Source of the DNA: Kofleriaceae bacterium
GTDB taxonomy: Bacteria > Myxococcota_A > Polyangia > Haliangiales > Haliangiaceae
Direction: 5' to 3'
Assembly: GCA_965215005.1 (NCBI GenBank)
Contig: CBDCCZ010000038.1
Span: 132,458 to 196,457, forward strand
Length of the DNA: 64,000 nt
The position numbers and the translations under genes were made by a program. Shown one piece after another: positions 30,234-40,897 of the stretch (position 1 is its first letter; every line of letters starts with the position of its first letter). The notes beneath the pieces are model-generated. The model made no database searches. It saw nothing but the letters and a program-made list of their open reading frames with translations, and was not told the DNA's origin.

Positions 30234-31538
30234 GTGAAACAGCGCATCGTCTGGCGTGCCTTTGGACTATTGAGTATCGCAGCATGCGGATCCAATCCCG
30301 CGGATGTGGCCATCGATGCTGGAAATGCAAGCGAGCCAACCTACTACCAAGACATCAAGCCCATTCTCGATGCGAAGTGCGTTGGTTGTCACGTGGAAGG
30401 CGGTATTGCGCCGATGTCGCTCGAAGTCTACGGCGATGCGAAAGCGTACGCGGGGCTCAGCCTGATGGAGATCCGCGCGGGTGTGATGCCGCCGTGGCCA
30501 CCCAACGATGAGTGCGACGATTACGTCGGCAATCGCTCACTTACCGCAGAAGAGTCGGCGCTGTTCGAGCGATGGGCCGAAGGAACGATGGCCGAGGGCG
30601 ATGCTACGTCCCCCGCTGAGCCCCTCGACGTCGAGCGCGAGCAGCTGAGCCGGGTCGATCTCGAGCTGGCGATGACCGAAGCGTATACCCCATCAGGCGG
30701 GCCTGACGACTACCGCTGTTTCGTCATCCATTGGCCCGAGACCCTCACCAAGTTCGTTACTGGCTTCCGCGCCATTCCCGGCAACGACGCCATCGTTCAT
30801 CACGTCATCGCGTTTCTCGCCGATCCTGCGCAAGTGGCGCAGTACCAGGCCAAGGATGCCGCAGAGGCAGGACCCGGCTACCGCTGCTTTGGCGGCTCCG
30901 GTGGCCCTTCGCGAACGTGGCTCGGAGCGTGGGCCCCCGGCGATGCGGGCAGCGATATGCCCGAGGGCGTGGGCATCGAGGTCGCGCCGGGCTCGGCGAT
31001 CGTCTTGCAAGTTCACTACAACGTGTTGGCGGCGAGCTCGGCCGCGGATACCACCGCGGTGCAGATGAAGCTGAGCGACTCGGTGGACAAGCGCGGCCGC
31101 ATCCTGCTCTGGTCTAACCCCAACTGGCTTTCAGGGGACACCATGCGGATACCGGCGAACGAGGCCGCCGTGACGCATTCGTTCGCGTTTGACCCAACCG
31201 TGCCCGGCGCGGCCGGCGGTGCGTTTCTCATGCACACGGTGTCGCTGCATATGCATACGCTCGGCGAGCGCGCCTCGCTCACTTTGCAGCGCAACGGCCA
31301 GAGCGACTGTGCACTACAGATCGATGCCTGGGATTTCGACTGGCAGGGCTCCTATCGCCTGCGCGAGCCCAAGCTCGTGGAGCCCGGAGATCAGCTCACC
31401 ATCGAGTGCCAGTGGAACAACACCATCGAGAAGCAGCGCATCGTCAACGGCGAGCCGCAGCCGCCACGAGACGTCTTCTGGGGCGAGGGCACCAGCGACG
31501 AGATGTGCCTCGGCGTCATGTTGATCAGCGAGCCGTGA
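30234..31538 (+). CDS. Lipoprotein with CxxCH cytochrome-c-like domain plus copper type II (PHM/DBH-like) monooxygenase domains
   Basis: Lipobox IAAC; KCVGCH; IVHHVI, LQVHYN, LHMHTLG, DEMC; RBS AGGAG. Confidence 0.85.
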   Translation: MKQRIVWRAFGLLSIAACGSNPADVAIDAGNASEPTYYQDIKPILDAKCVGCHVEGGIAPMSLEVYGDAKAYAGLSLMEIRAGVMPPWPPNDECDDYVGNRSLTAEESALFERWAEGTMAEGDATSPAEPLDVEREQLSRVDLELAMTEAYTPSGGPDDYRCFVIHWPETLTKFVTGFRAIPGNDAIVHHVIAFLADPAQVAQYQAKDAAEAGPGYRCFGGSGGPSRTWLGAWAPGDAGSDMPEGVGIEVAPGSAIVLQVHYNVLAASSAADTTAVQMKLSDSVDKRGRILLWSNPNWLSGDTMRIPANEAAVTHSFAFDPTVPGAAGGAFLMHTVSLHMHTLGERASLTLQRNGQSDCALQIDAWDFDWQGSYRLREPKLVEPGDQLTIECQWNNTIEKQRIVNGEPQPPRDVFWGEGTSDEMCLGVMLISEP

Positions 31539-31617
31539 TCGCTATGGGCACTGCGTTTGACGGGATTGCTCGCGCCGATGGTTGCGCACCGGTGCAGCAT
31601 CGGCGGAAAGTAGCGCG

Positions 31618-32892
31618 GTGACCGCTGGTAGACCGCGAACCGCTATCGTCCTGTCCGGCGGCGGCTCACGAGGCGCCTACGAGGCCGGCATCGTGCTATT
31701 TCTCCGCGACCGGCTCGCCAAGCGGCTCGGGTTTCAGGTGCCCATCGATGTCGTCACCGGCACCAGCGTCGGCGCGATCAACGGCACGTTCATGGCCGCC
31801 ACCATGGACGATCCTGCCGCTCAGGGGCAGCGGCTCGTCGATTCCTGGCGCGCACTGCGGCTCGAGCAGCTGATCAGCATGACGCCGCGGGACCTGGTCC
31901 GCGCCGGGCGTTTGCTCTTGGGCCGCGAGCCCGAGCCGCCAGGACCGGGCACGTATCGATACGGCGGCCTGCTCAACACCGGCGGCCTCGAGCGGTTCGT
32001 CATCAAGTCGATCCCGTGGCGCTGCATCACCCGCAACTTGCGCCAGGGCGTGCTGCACTCGGTTGCGGTCTCGGCGACCCACGTGGGCACCGGCCACACG
32101 CTGGTCTTCATTCAAAGTCGCGATGAAGTCCCCGCCGGCTGGAGTCGCGATCCGTTCGTAACGCATCGCCCCGCGCGCATCGGTCCCCGTCATGTGTTGG
32201 CCTCGGCGGCCATTCCGCTGTTGTTCCCGGCGGTGAAGCTGCGCGACGAGTTCTTTACAGACGGCGGCCTGCGACAGAATACGCCGATGTCCCCGGCCAT
32301 TCGGCTGGGCGCCGATCGCATTCTGTTGGTCTCGCTGCGCCACGTGAGCAAGCCCGGTGAGCTCTCGCCCGCCATGGTGCGGCAGCGCGAGCAGGTCTAT
32401 CCAAAGCCGTTGTTCTTGGCGGGCAAGGCGCTCAACGCGCTCCTTCTCGACCACACCGACTATGACCTCGACCGCATGGCGCGCATCAACGCGATTCTCG
32501 AGGCCGGCACCAGCGCCTTTGGCGACTCCTTCACCGAGGTCATTAACGAAAAGCTGGTGGAGCTGCGTGGCGCTCCCATTCGTCCTATCGAGGCTATGCA
32601 CATTCGCCCATCGATAGACATCGGCCGACTGGCCGCCGACTTCGTCGCAAATGGCCGCGCGTTGGTGAAGAGTCGCTTGGCACGCCGGCTCATCGAAAAG
32701 CTCGCCGCCGGCGAGTCGCGTCACGAAAGTGATTTGCTCTCCTATCTGCTCTTCGATGGCAATTTCGCCGCTGAGCTCATCGAGCTCGGCTATGAAGATG
32801 CTCGCGCCAAAGAAGACGAGCTTGCCGCCTTCTTCTCAGAGGTGCGGGTCGTGCGGCCAACCACGAAGGCCTCCGTCTGGGACGCCTCGTAG
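31618..32892 (+). CDS. Patatin-like phospholipase
   Basis: GGGSRG, GTSVG and DGG motifs. Confidence 0.9.
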   Translation: MTAGRPRTAIVLSGGGSRGAYEAGIVLFLRDRLAKRLGFQVPIDVVTGTSVGAINGTFMAATMDDPAAQGQRLVDSWRALRLEQLISMTPRDLVRAGRLLLGREPEPPGPGTYRYGGLLNTGGLERFVIKSIPWRCITRNLRQGVLHSVAVSATHVGTGHTLVFIQSRDEVPAGWSRDPFVTHRPARIGPRHVLASAAIPLLFPAVKLRDEFFTDGGLRQNTPMSPAIRLGADRILLVSLRHVSKPGELSPAMVRQREQVYPKPLFLAGKALNALLLDHTDYDLDRMARINAILEAGTSAFGDSFTEVINEKLVELRGAPIRPIEAMHIRPSIDIGRLAADFVANGRALVKSRLARRLIEKLAAGESRHESDLLSYLLFDGNFAAELIELGYEDARAKEDELAAFFSEVRVVRPTTKASVWDAS

Positions 32893-33132
32893 GCGCATCG
32901 CTAGGCTACGAGCCTAAGCCACTCGCCCAGTGGTTTACGGCGTACGCGGTAAAGCACTAGCAAAGCAACAGTCGCCTGACGAGATGTCAATTGCGGCACG
33001 TGAGCAGCAGAATCTGCCGCCCTTGCCGCGCGTCGAGGCGGCGTGTTTCTGCGTCATCAATCCCGCGGCGTCGGACCGGGGCGGAAGGGATTGCCTCGCC
33101 ACGGAGCATTTCCTTTGTCATTCTCGGCGACC

Positions 33133-34935
33133 ATGCAGTCACCGTCACCGGAGCATCCGCCGGCCACAGCCCAGCGCCTCTCGCAGCTCGGGCGGCTGAT
33201 TCGGCTGCTCGCGCCCTATCGGCTTCGATTCGTGGTGGCGACCATCGCCTTGCTCGTGGGCTCCTCGCTCGCGCTGGTGTATCCACAAGCTGCCAAGGTC
33301 GCAATCGATCAGGGCATGCGCGGCGGCGACATGGATCGCCTCGATCAGGTCATAAAGCTCCTGCTCGTGGTTTTCGCCGTGCACGCGGTCTTCGTGTGGA
33401 TCCGTCACTACTTGATGAGCTGGCTCGGCGAGCGCGCGGTTGCCGATTTGCGCGCCAAGGTGTTCGATCGCGTGCTCACGTTGCCGCCGGGCTGGTTTCA
33501 CGAGCGTCGCACCGGCGAGCTCGTTGGCCGGCTGGCCGCTGACGTCGGTGTGATCGAGGGCGTCGTTGGCAGCGAGCTGAGCATGGCGCTTCGCAACGCT
33601 GTGCAGCTCGTGGGCGGGCTGGTGCTGCTGTTTGTCGTCGACCCCAAGCTAACGTTGGTGATGCTCGCGGTGGTGCCGCCGCTCAGCATTGGCGCGGTGT
33701 ACTTTGGCCGCGTAATTCGCCGCCGCTCGCGGCTGGTGCAAGATCGTCTCGCCGAAGCGTCGGGCCAGGTGCAGGAAGCGATCGGTGCCATCGAGACCGT
33801 GCAGGCCTTCGTGCGCGAGCAGCGCGAGGCAACCAGCTATCGCCGCGGCGTCGAAAGAGCCTTCTTCGAATCGATTCATTTGGCGCGCTGGCGGGCCACG
33901 TTCTTGGCGGTTGTATCGACGGCCGGATATCTGGCCATCGCTGCAATCTTGTGGCTCGGTGGCCGCGCTGTCATCGGCGGCAACCTCTCGCCTGGCGATT
34001 TGACCGCATTCATTCTCTACACCGCCATCGTCGCCGGCGCTTTGGCCGAGATCGCCAGCCTTTGGGGTGCGCTGCAGCGTGCCGCTGGCGCCACCGAACG
34101 GCTGTACGCCGTGATTGACACTCCGTCTGAGATTCGCGACGCGGATGACGCCGTCTCGCTGCCACCTGGCGATGGCGCCGTGCAGCTAAGCGAGGTGTCG
34201 TTCCACTACGCCTCGCGACCCGAGCATCCGGTGCTCGTGGGAGTGAATCTCGACGTTGCTCCTGGCGAAATCGTCGCTCTAGTCGGTCCATCCGGCGCCG
34301 GCAAGACCACCCTCACCGCCTTGCTGCTGCGCTTCTACGACGTCACCGGCGGTGCTGTGCGCCTCGAAGGCGTCGATGTTCGCGCGCTGCGCGCGGCAGA
34401 GTTGCGCACCGCCATCGCCATGGTGGCGCAAGAACCGGTGCTGTTCTCCGGCACCATCCGCGACAACATCGGCTACGGACGCGAAGGCGCTAGCGAGGAA
34501 GAAGTCATCGCCGCGGCTCGAGACGCCCACGCTGATAGCTTCATTCGCACGTTCCCCGCCGGCTACGACACGTTGGTGGGCGAGCGCGGCGTCAAGCTTT
34601 CCGGCGGGCAGAAGCAGCGCATCGCCATCGCCCGCGCCATTGTCGCCAATCCGCGCATTCTCATCCTCGACGAAGCCACGAGCAATCTCGATACCGAGAG
34701 CGAATCGCTGGTGCAGGAGGCGCTGGTGCGGCTCATGAAAGGCCGCACCACGTTAGTGATCGCGCATCGTCTCAGTACCGTTCGCGATGCCGATCGCATC
34801 GTGGTGCTCGAGAGCGGCCACATCACCGAGATGGGCCGCCACGACGAGCTGATGGCCGTCAGCGGCACCTATCGCCGTCTGGTCGAGCGTCAGCTCATCG
34901 ATGGTGAGCCGAGCACCCGCGCCGTCGGTGAATGA
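33133..34935 (+). CDS. ABC exporter, fused TMD-NBD (MsbA/ABCB-like)
   Basis: GPSGAGKTT, LSGGQKQR, ILDEATS, IAHRLST. Confidence 0.9.
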   Translation: MQSPSPEHPPATAQRLSQLGRLIRLLAPYRLRFVVATIALLVGSSLALVYPQAAKVAIDQGMRGGDMDRLDQVIKLLLVVFAVHAVFVWIRHYLMSWLGERAVADLRAKVFDRVLTLPPGWFHERRTGELVGRLAADVGVIEGVVGSELSMALRNAVQLVGGLVLLFVVDPKLTLVMLAVVPPLSIGAVYFGRVIRRRSRLVQDRLAEASGQVQEAIGAIETVQAFVREQREATSYRRGVERAFFESIHLARWRATFLAVVSTAGYLAIAAILWLGGRAVIGGNLSPGDLTAFILYTAIVAGALAEIASLWGALQRAAGATERLYAVIDTPSEIRDADDAVSLPPGDGAVQLSEVSFHYASRPEHPVLVGVNLDVAPGEIVALVGPSGAGKTTLTALLLRFYDVTGGAVRLEGVDVRALRAAELRTAIAMVAQEPVLFSGTIRDNIGYGREGASEEEVIAAARDAHADSFIRTFPAGYDTLVGERGVKLSGGQKQRIAIARAIVANPRILILDEATSNLDTESESLVQEALVRLMKGRTTLVIAHRLSTVRDADRIVVLESGHITEMGRHDELMAVSGTYRRLVERQLIDGEPSTRAVGE

Positions 34936-34959
34936 AGTCGCTGCCGCCTTGGACTGGCC

Positions 34960-35841
34960 TCATCGCGGTCGCCACCGCCAGCTGCCGAACAGGAGCATCA
35001 GCAGGATGGCCGCTATGGCGATTGGGGTGAAGACGTCTTGGCCAGGCCCACCGGTGGACTCGGAAACCGCGGGGCGGCTGCGCTCACGAAAGGTGCCGAA
35101 GGCGCCGCTGCGCTCGAGCTTTACACGCGCCGCTGCCAGCGTGCTCGCCGCCGCTTGCGCCTCCGTGCGCTGGGTTGTGTCTACCTTTCGGGGGCCGCTC
35201 GCAAGTGGCTGCGCGTCGCCATAGTCGACGGCCATCGCGATCGGCGGTGGCATTTGTAGCCCTCGCGCTTCGGGATCGGTGGCGACCGCGGCGAGGTCGC
35301 TAGGCGCCGCCGTGGCGTCGAGCGCGTCGGCTTCCATCGCCGCGTCATCATCATCGTCTTGCCCGAGGCTATGCGCTCCCAGCCGCGCGGCAGCGACCCG
35401 CGAGCGCAGCGCTTTCGCCTCGCCCGCCAAGAGCAGTTGCTCATGAACGATGACATAGCCGTCGCGCGCGCCCCTCACCCGAGCAACCCCGAGCGCGATG
35501 CGTTGCCCGACCGCCGGCAGCACCAGCCCGCCGACACGGCGCTCTACGATCAGCTCGATCGTAGCCTGCACCGGCTGGCCCGCGAGCAGCTCTTCCACCG
35601 CAAGCGTCGCGACGACCACGTCGACCTCCACGCGCTCGGCGCCTTCGTCGCCCAGACGGACCCGCTCGATGGTCTGTAGGCGCGGTTCGGAGTCGATGGA
35701 GCCGATGACGACCGACTCGGCTTGCCGAAACGCCGCATCGGGCGAGGGCGCCTGCTCGGGCGCCACGGGCCGCTGCGCGCCAAGCGCAAGACTTGCCCTG
35801 AGCACCCACAGCATCGGTAGCAACATGGATATGAGCTTCAT
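34960..35841 (-). CDS. Secreted hypothetical protein with C-terminal TM anchor and basic tail
   Basis: Signal peptide; C-terminal PIAIAAILLMLLFGSWRWRPR; RBS GGAGG. Confidence 0.7.
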   Translation of the reverse strand: MKLISMLLPMLWVLRASLALGAQRPVAPEQAPSPDAAFRQAESVVIGSIDSEPRLQTIERVRLGDEGAERVEVDVVVATLAVEELLAGQPVQATIELIVERRVGGLVLPAVGQRIALGVARVRGARDGYVIVHEQLLLAGEAKALRSRVAAARLGAHSLGQDDDDDAAMEADALDATAAPSDLAAVATDPEARGLQMPPPIAMAVDYGDAQPLASGPRKVDTTQRTEAQAAASTLAAARVKLERSGAFGTFRERSRPAVSESTGGPGQDVFTPIAIAAILLMLLFGSWRWRPR

Positions 35842-35890
35842 GAAACCTCCAAGCAGTGGTGACGCGCTGCAGATGCCCCGCCGCCGCGGC

Positions 35891-37489
35891 TCACAGCCGC
35901 TGGGTCTGAAACGTGTACGTGAAGCTCAGTGCCGGATCGGCTGCCAGCGCAGCAGTGGTCGCGGTTTGCGAGCTCGGCAGAAACGGCGTGTCGTTCATCC
36001 AGTCGCCGGTGAGTGTCGAACGCAAATTGCGTATCCACGTATTGGCGCTCATGTCGCGCAGATGCAGGTGGTAGCGGCTGGAAGCGCGGCTGAGCACCGG
36101 CTGGGTGCGCGTGGCTTCGCTTCCATAGAGCATGCCTTCATCGGCGAGTGAGGCCCCCGCGACCCGCGCTCGCAACGTGCGGATGAGCTGGCCCGGCGCG
36201 AAACCGGATGGCGTTGCCGCCCACGCATATCCCAGCCGCACCTCCCCAGTCGCGCGATTGGCCGCGGCACTAACCCCTGAAGCGATTCGGTACGTGGAGG
36301 GGCGGAGCTCGACCTCCGATGACCAGCTCGCGCCATCGTTGGTGCTGATCCGCCCCACGAGCACACCGGTGTCGTCGAGCTCCCCGCGAGAGAAGCGGCT
36401 ATAGGCAAGCAGCCACGTGTTGGTGCCTACTTTGGCGATTGCGGGTGTCCCATAGCTGCGAGACAGCGGCAGAGCACGCACGACGCCCGTCCCAGAGTCT
36501 AGATCCGCGCGAGTCGAGTACACCACCTTGATCATTGGGTCGCCGGCACCATCTCGCTCCACGAACGACCACATGGTTTCGTTGTCATCACCGTCGGCTG
36601 CGATTCCGTAGTGACTGCTCGAGCCGCCCCAACACCACCACTTTGAAGTACCGAATGCGCCGCTCGTGCTGCCGTGAATGAAGCATGGCGTCTTGCCCGT
36701 TCCCGTATAGAAGTAGATTAGACGACTGCCATTGCGCACTGCTGCCGGATCCATCGTAGTGCGAACGTTCCCCGGCAGGTCGGCCAAGAGCGAGTAGCTA
36801 GCACCGTCGACATCGGTTGCGCGATGGATGCGTATCCGATGCCGGTTCATCGCGCCATAAGTGATCGCCGCGCTGTCTCGGTCGGCGCGGCTCGGGCCAA
36901 ATCTGCCATTCCAAAAGTTGTAGGAGCTCATCACGGAGGTTGGATTGGAATAGTCATCCGGCAGGTCGTGGGCGTGGCCAAGCTCGTGCATGAGCACCGC
37001 CTCGAGATCGAATGTGTTGGCCTCGCTCGAGCCCCAGAAACGCCAGATATACGGCGTGCCGGTCTCGCTCGGGCGCTGCATGATGACCAGCTGGCCACAG
37101 CGGCTGGGACCGCCGCGACCGGTTTCACAGGAGTAGAACGACGCAAGCCGCCCGTCGTGGTAATCCCCCATGAACACGATGATCTCGTTGTCTAGGTAGA
37201 AGTCGCCTGGTGAGTCGACTCCGGGCCGGTAGCCGGTGGGGCGCGAGGTGTAGCCGCCGAAGCGAAACTCCAGATCGACGCCGCCAACCATCTGCCAGCG
37301 GGTATAGGCGTTGATGACGGCATTCTGCACCGCAACGCGTTGAGACTCGGAAAAGCCGCGCGTCAGAAAACTGTCATAGTTGATGCGGACCACCACCGGT
37401 TCGCCCGGCGTGAATCGCTGCGCATGTGCATTGGTGGTGATCGTTAGCAGTGCGGCAACAACAGCTACGATTGTGATCTGTCCTCTCAT
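35891..37489 (-). CDS. Secreted metzincin (matrixin-like) protease with C-terminal beta-propeller-like region
   Basis: Signal ..AHA; HELGHAHDLPD plus SVMS Met-turn; Asp-box-like STNDGASW. Confidence 0.75.
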   Translation of the reverse strand: MRGQITIVAVVAALLTITTNAHAQRFTPGEPVVVRINYDSFLTRGFSESQRVAVQNAVINAYTRWQMVGGVDLEFRFGGYTSRPTGYRPGVDSPGDFYLDNEIIVFMGDYHDGRLASFYSCETGRGGPSRCGQLVIMQRPSETGTPYIWRFWGSSEANTFDLEAVLMHELGHAHDLPDDYSNPTSVMSSYNFWNGRFGPSRADRDSAAITYGAMNRHRIRIHRATDVDGASYSLLADLPGNVRTTMDPAAVRNGSRLIYFYTGTGKTPCFIHGSTSGAFGTSKWWCWGGSSSHYGIAADGDDNETMWSFVERDGAGDPMIKVVYSTRADLDSGTGVVRALPLSRSYGTPAIAKVGTNTWLLAYSRFSRGELDDTGVLVGRISTNDGASWSSEVELRPSTYRIASGVSAAANRATGEVRLGYAWAATPSGFAPGQLIRTLRARVAGASLADEGMLYGSEATRTQPVLSRASSRYHLHLRDMSANTWIRNLRSTLTGDWMNDTPFLPSSQTATTAALAADPALSFTYTFQTQRL

Positions 37490-37651
37490 GGTTCTCCCCT
37501 TCGCCCCAACGGTTGAATCAAACATCTGTAGCGACGGAATAGCGCGGCGTAGGTAGTGCTGTGCAGTCGCACGAGAATGCAGCTGGGGAAATCACGGAGG
37601 CTGCGTTGCGACTGCGCCCGCAGCTAATTATTGATGGGAAGGCGCGGCTCT

Positions 37652-37753
37652 GTCCGGTGGTCGGCCAGCGCGTCCGATATCCAGACTGGGTGTCCGGGGC
37701 GCCGGACGACGTGTTCCAGATATCGACTAGTTAGCCGCGGCATGACAGTTGCC
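37652..37753 (+). promoter_or_regulatory. Sigma54 promoter of recA: three palindromic UAS, IHF-like site, -24/-12
   Basis: GTCCGGTGGTCGGCC 37652, GTCCGATATCCAGAC 37672, GTCCGGGGCGCCGGAC 37692; TATCGACTAGTTA 37721-37733; CGGCATGACAGTTGCC with GG 37739 and GC 37751. Confidence 0.75.
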
Positions 37754-37791
37754 ATTGGTGGCGGGACAACGTCAACCGGAAGGTCGTCCCC

Positions 37792-38838
<1,047 letters not shown>

Positions 38839-38843
38839 GGCCC

Positions 38844-39110
38844 GTGATGAATCCGAGCTACGATCGAATTCTCGAAGAGCTAGTGTTTGAGCGCGTTCGT
38901 GCCAGCGTTCGCATGTGCGAGCTGCTGGTGTTCCAGCGCGACCTCGATGGGAGCATCGAGCGGGTGCTCTCGGCGCATGAGGTCGGCGATGCTCGCGAGG
39001 CGCTGCGTCGCCACGCGATTGACGCGGCGTGGCAGCGTCTGGGCTTCTCTGTCTCCAGCTCGCTACCAGAGCCCCCAACGCGGGCAACCGCGGCAGCGGT
39101 GACAGACTGA
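38844..39110 (+). CDS. Small hypothetical protein immediately downstream of recA
   Basis: 5-bp gap after recA stop, GAGG upstream, helical-looking 88 aa. Confidence 0.5.
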   Translation: MMNPSYDRILEELVFERVRASVRMCELLVFQRDLDGSIERVLSAHEVGDAREALRRHAIDAAWQRLGFSVSSSLPEPPTRATAAAVTD

Positions 39111-39145
39111 GTCGCCGTGAGCGTCGCTGAAGCGGTCATCGGCTG

Positions 39146-39300
39146 CGGAGACCCGCTCGGCTTCTCCGGAGACCCGCTCGGCGTCTCCGGAGAAGCGTTC
39201 GGCGTCTCCGGAGAAGCGTTCGGCGGCTCCGGAAAACCGCTCCGCGTCTCCGCGGCTCCGGAGAACCGTGCGGCGGCTCTGGAGCACCACTCCGCGGCTT
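39146..39300. repeat. 21-bp degenerate tandem repeat (about 7 units)
   Basis: CGGAGACCCGCTCGGCTTCTC / CGGAGACCCGCTCGGCGTCTC / CGGAGAAGCGTTCGGCGTCTC etc. Confidence 0.85.
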
Positions 39301-39651
39301 CCGTAGCAGTTCGCATGACGACCACGGGATTGCTGACGGGGCTCGGTTGACTCGGTGCAGGGGCATGGGCGGCCCGCTCTGTTGCTCGAGGGCTCGCTTT
39401 GGCGTCTATCCCTTGATTGTCGCTTCTCTCGAGGTTCGCGCCTCATGACGTGAGCCTCTCGTGGCGCGATGCGTCGGCGGGAGGTTGGTGCGGGCGGCCC
39501 TCTTCGTGGCAGCATTTTTTTGCAGGACGTAGCGCCTTTTCCCCTGACAGGCGCGCCGCAGAATGGTAAACGGGGCCGGTAGCGCGGGGATCTAGGTCCC
39601 CGGTAATGGATACGTCGCCCTCGGGCGCAGAGAAAAGAAAGCTAGAACAGA

Positions 39652-40023
39652 GTGTCAAGTAAGCTTTTTGTTGGTGGTCTCAGCTGGGATACGTCGGACC
39701 TGAGCCTGAGGACCGCATTTGAAGCGTTTGGTCCCCTCGTGGAGGCCAAGGTCATCACGGATCGCGATACCGGTCGCTCGCGCGGCTTCGGTTTCGTCAC
39801 CTTCGAAGCCCCGGCCGATGCCGAGACGGCGATGGAGCAAATGGACGGCGTCAACCTCGACGGTCGCACGATCCGCGTGAATCAAGCGGAAGACCGCCGC
39901 GGCGGCGGCGGCGGTGGTGGCGGTGGCGGTGGCGGCGGTGGTGGTGGCGACCGTGGCGGTGGTCGCGGTGGCCGCGGCGGCGGTCGTGGTGGCCGCGGCG
40001 GTGGTGGCGGCGACCGCTGGTAA
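39652..40023 (+). CDS. RRM RNA-binding protein with Gly/Arg-rich tail
   Basis: RNP2 LFVGGL, RNP1 RGFGFVTF, GGG/RGG tail. Confidence 0.95.
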   Translation: MSSKLFVGGLSWDTSDLSLRTAFEAFGPLVEAKVITDRDTGRSRGFGFVTFEAPADAETAMEQMDGVNLDGRTIRVNQAEDRRGGGGGGGGGGGGGGGGDRGGGRGGRGGGRGGRGGGGGDRW

Positions 40024-40069
40024 CCATCTCCTCCTAGAGCCGGCACCTTCCGGCTCCTAGGCTACGAAG

Positions 40070-40098
40070 GGGGCACCTCGGTGCCCCTTTCTTTTTTT
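40070..40098 (+). terminator. Rho-independent terminator
   Basis: GGGGCAC-CTCG-GTGCCCC stem followed by TTTCTTTTTTT. Confidence 0.9.
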
Positions 40099-40137
40099 GC
40101 CGCCTCTCGCCGCTCGATGCCCCTCGCGGTACCCCCC

Positions 40138-40450
40138 GCCATCGATCGTGACCCTGCCAACGATCGCCACGCGCCATCGATGCCACGCGCCAATGATCGC
40201 CACGCGCCATCGATGCCACGCGCCAATGATCGCCACGCGCCAACGATTGCCCCTCGCCAACGATCGCCACGCGCCAATGATCGCCACGCGCCAACGATTG
40301 TCCCCGGCCAATGATTGCCCCCCGGCCAATGATTGCTCCCCGGCCAATGATTGCCCCGCGCCACCGATCGCCCCGCGCGCCCCGCGCCAGGAAGTGCCCC
40401 GCGCCAGGAAGTGCCCCGCGCCATGGATCGTGACCGTGGCAATCGTTGGC
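40138..40450. repeat. Intergenic 16-18-bp tandem array (about 17 units, consensus GCCAAYGATYGCCMCGC) with one inverted copy
   Basis: Units start at 40138, 40156, 40173, 40189, 40206, 40222, 40239, 40256, 40273, 40290, 40307, 40325, 40343, 40360, 40386, 40403, 40420; GGCAATCGTTGGC inverted at 40438. Confidence 0.9.
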
Positions 40451-40657
40451 GGTTGGGGCCTTCGGACTCACGCCCGTGCCTTCGGCGGCCCCGCCGGTCC
40501 GTTCCGCCACAGCGCGCCTTCCTTGGGTGAAGGCCGCGGCGAAGGCTCGCTGGAGTCGCTATGAGCGCAGCATCGTCGCTGCAGTCGCCGGGCTTGCTCC
40601 GCGAGACCCAGCGACTGCTGCGTAGGTCATGCGACAGCGGATGTGAAGCCGGCGGAG

Positions 40658-40673
40658 TGGCACGCTCGTTGCT
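40658..40673 (+). promoter_or_regulatory. Sigma54 -24/-12 element TGGCACGCTCGTTGCT
   Basis: Perfect TGGCACG-N4-TTGCT, upstream of the hybrid kinase. Confidence 0.75.
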
Positions 40674-40897
40674 TACGTAGCCACCCTAACCCGCGCGGTC
40701 CTCGTGCTGCGTGATTCGATGATTGCCTAGAGTTGCCGTTGATGGATTGATGAACCGTGGCGAAATGACATGGCTTTTTCTGAGCGAGAATGAGCTGATT
40801 TCAAGCGTTGGCGGGGCATACTGCAAGATGCAGCGTCACCGATGCCCCCAGGCATCGCCTTTGGTCGACCCAGGTTGAGCCGCTTAGCGATTGTGTG

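Noticed and set aside
39146..39300. CRISPR array or real coding heptad protein
   Set aside because: No spacers; the overlapping ORFs are open only because the unit is 21 bp and stop-free.
39895..40020. GGC/GGT microsatellite
   Set aside because: Encodes the Gly/Arg-rich tail of the RRM protein.
40138..40450. CRISPR array
   Set aside because: Units are contiguous 16-18-bp degenerate repeats with no unique spacers, and there are no cas genes in the window.
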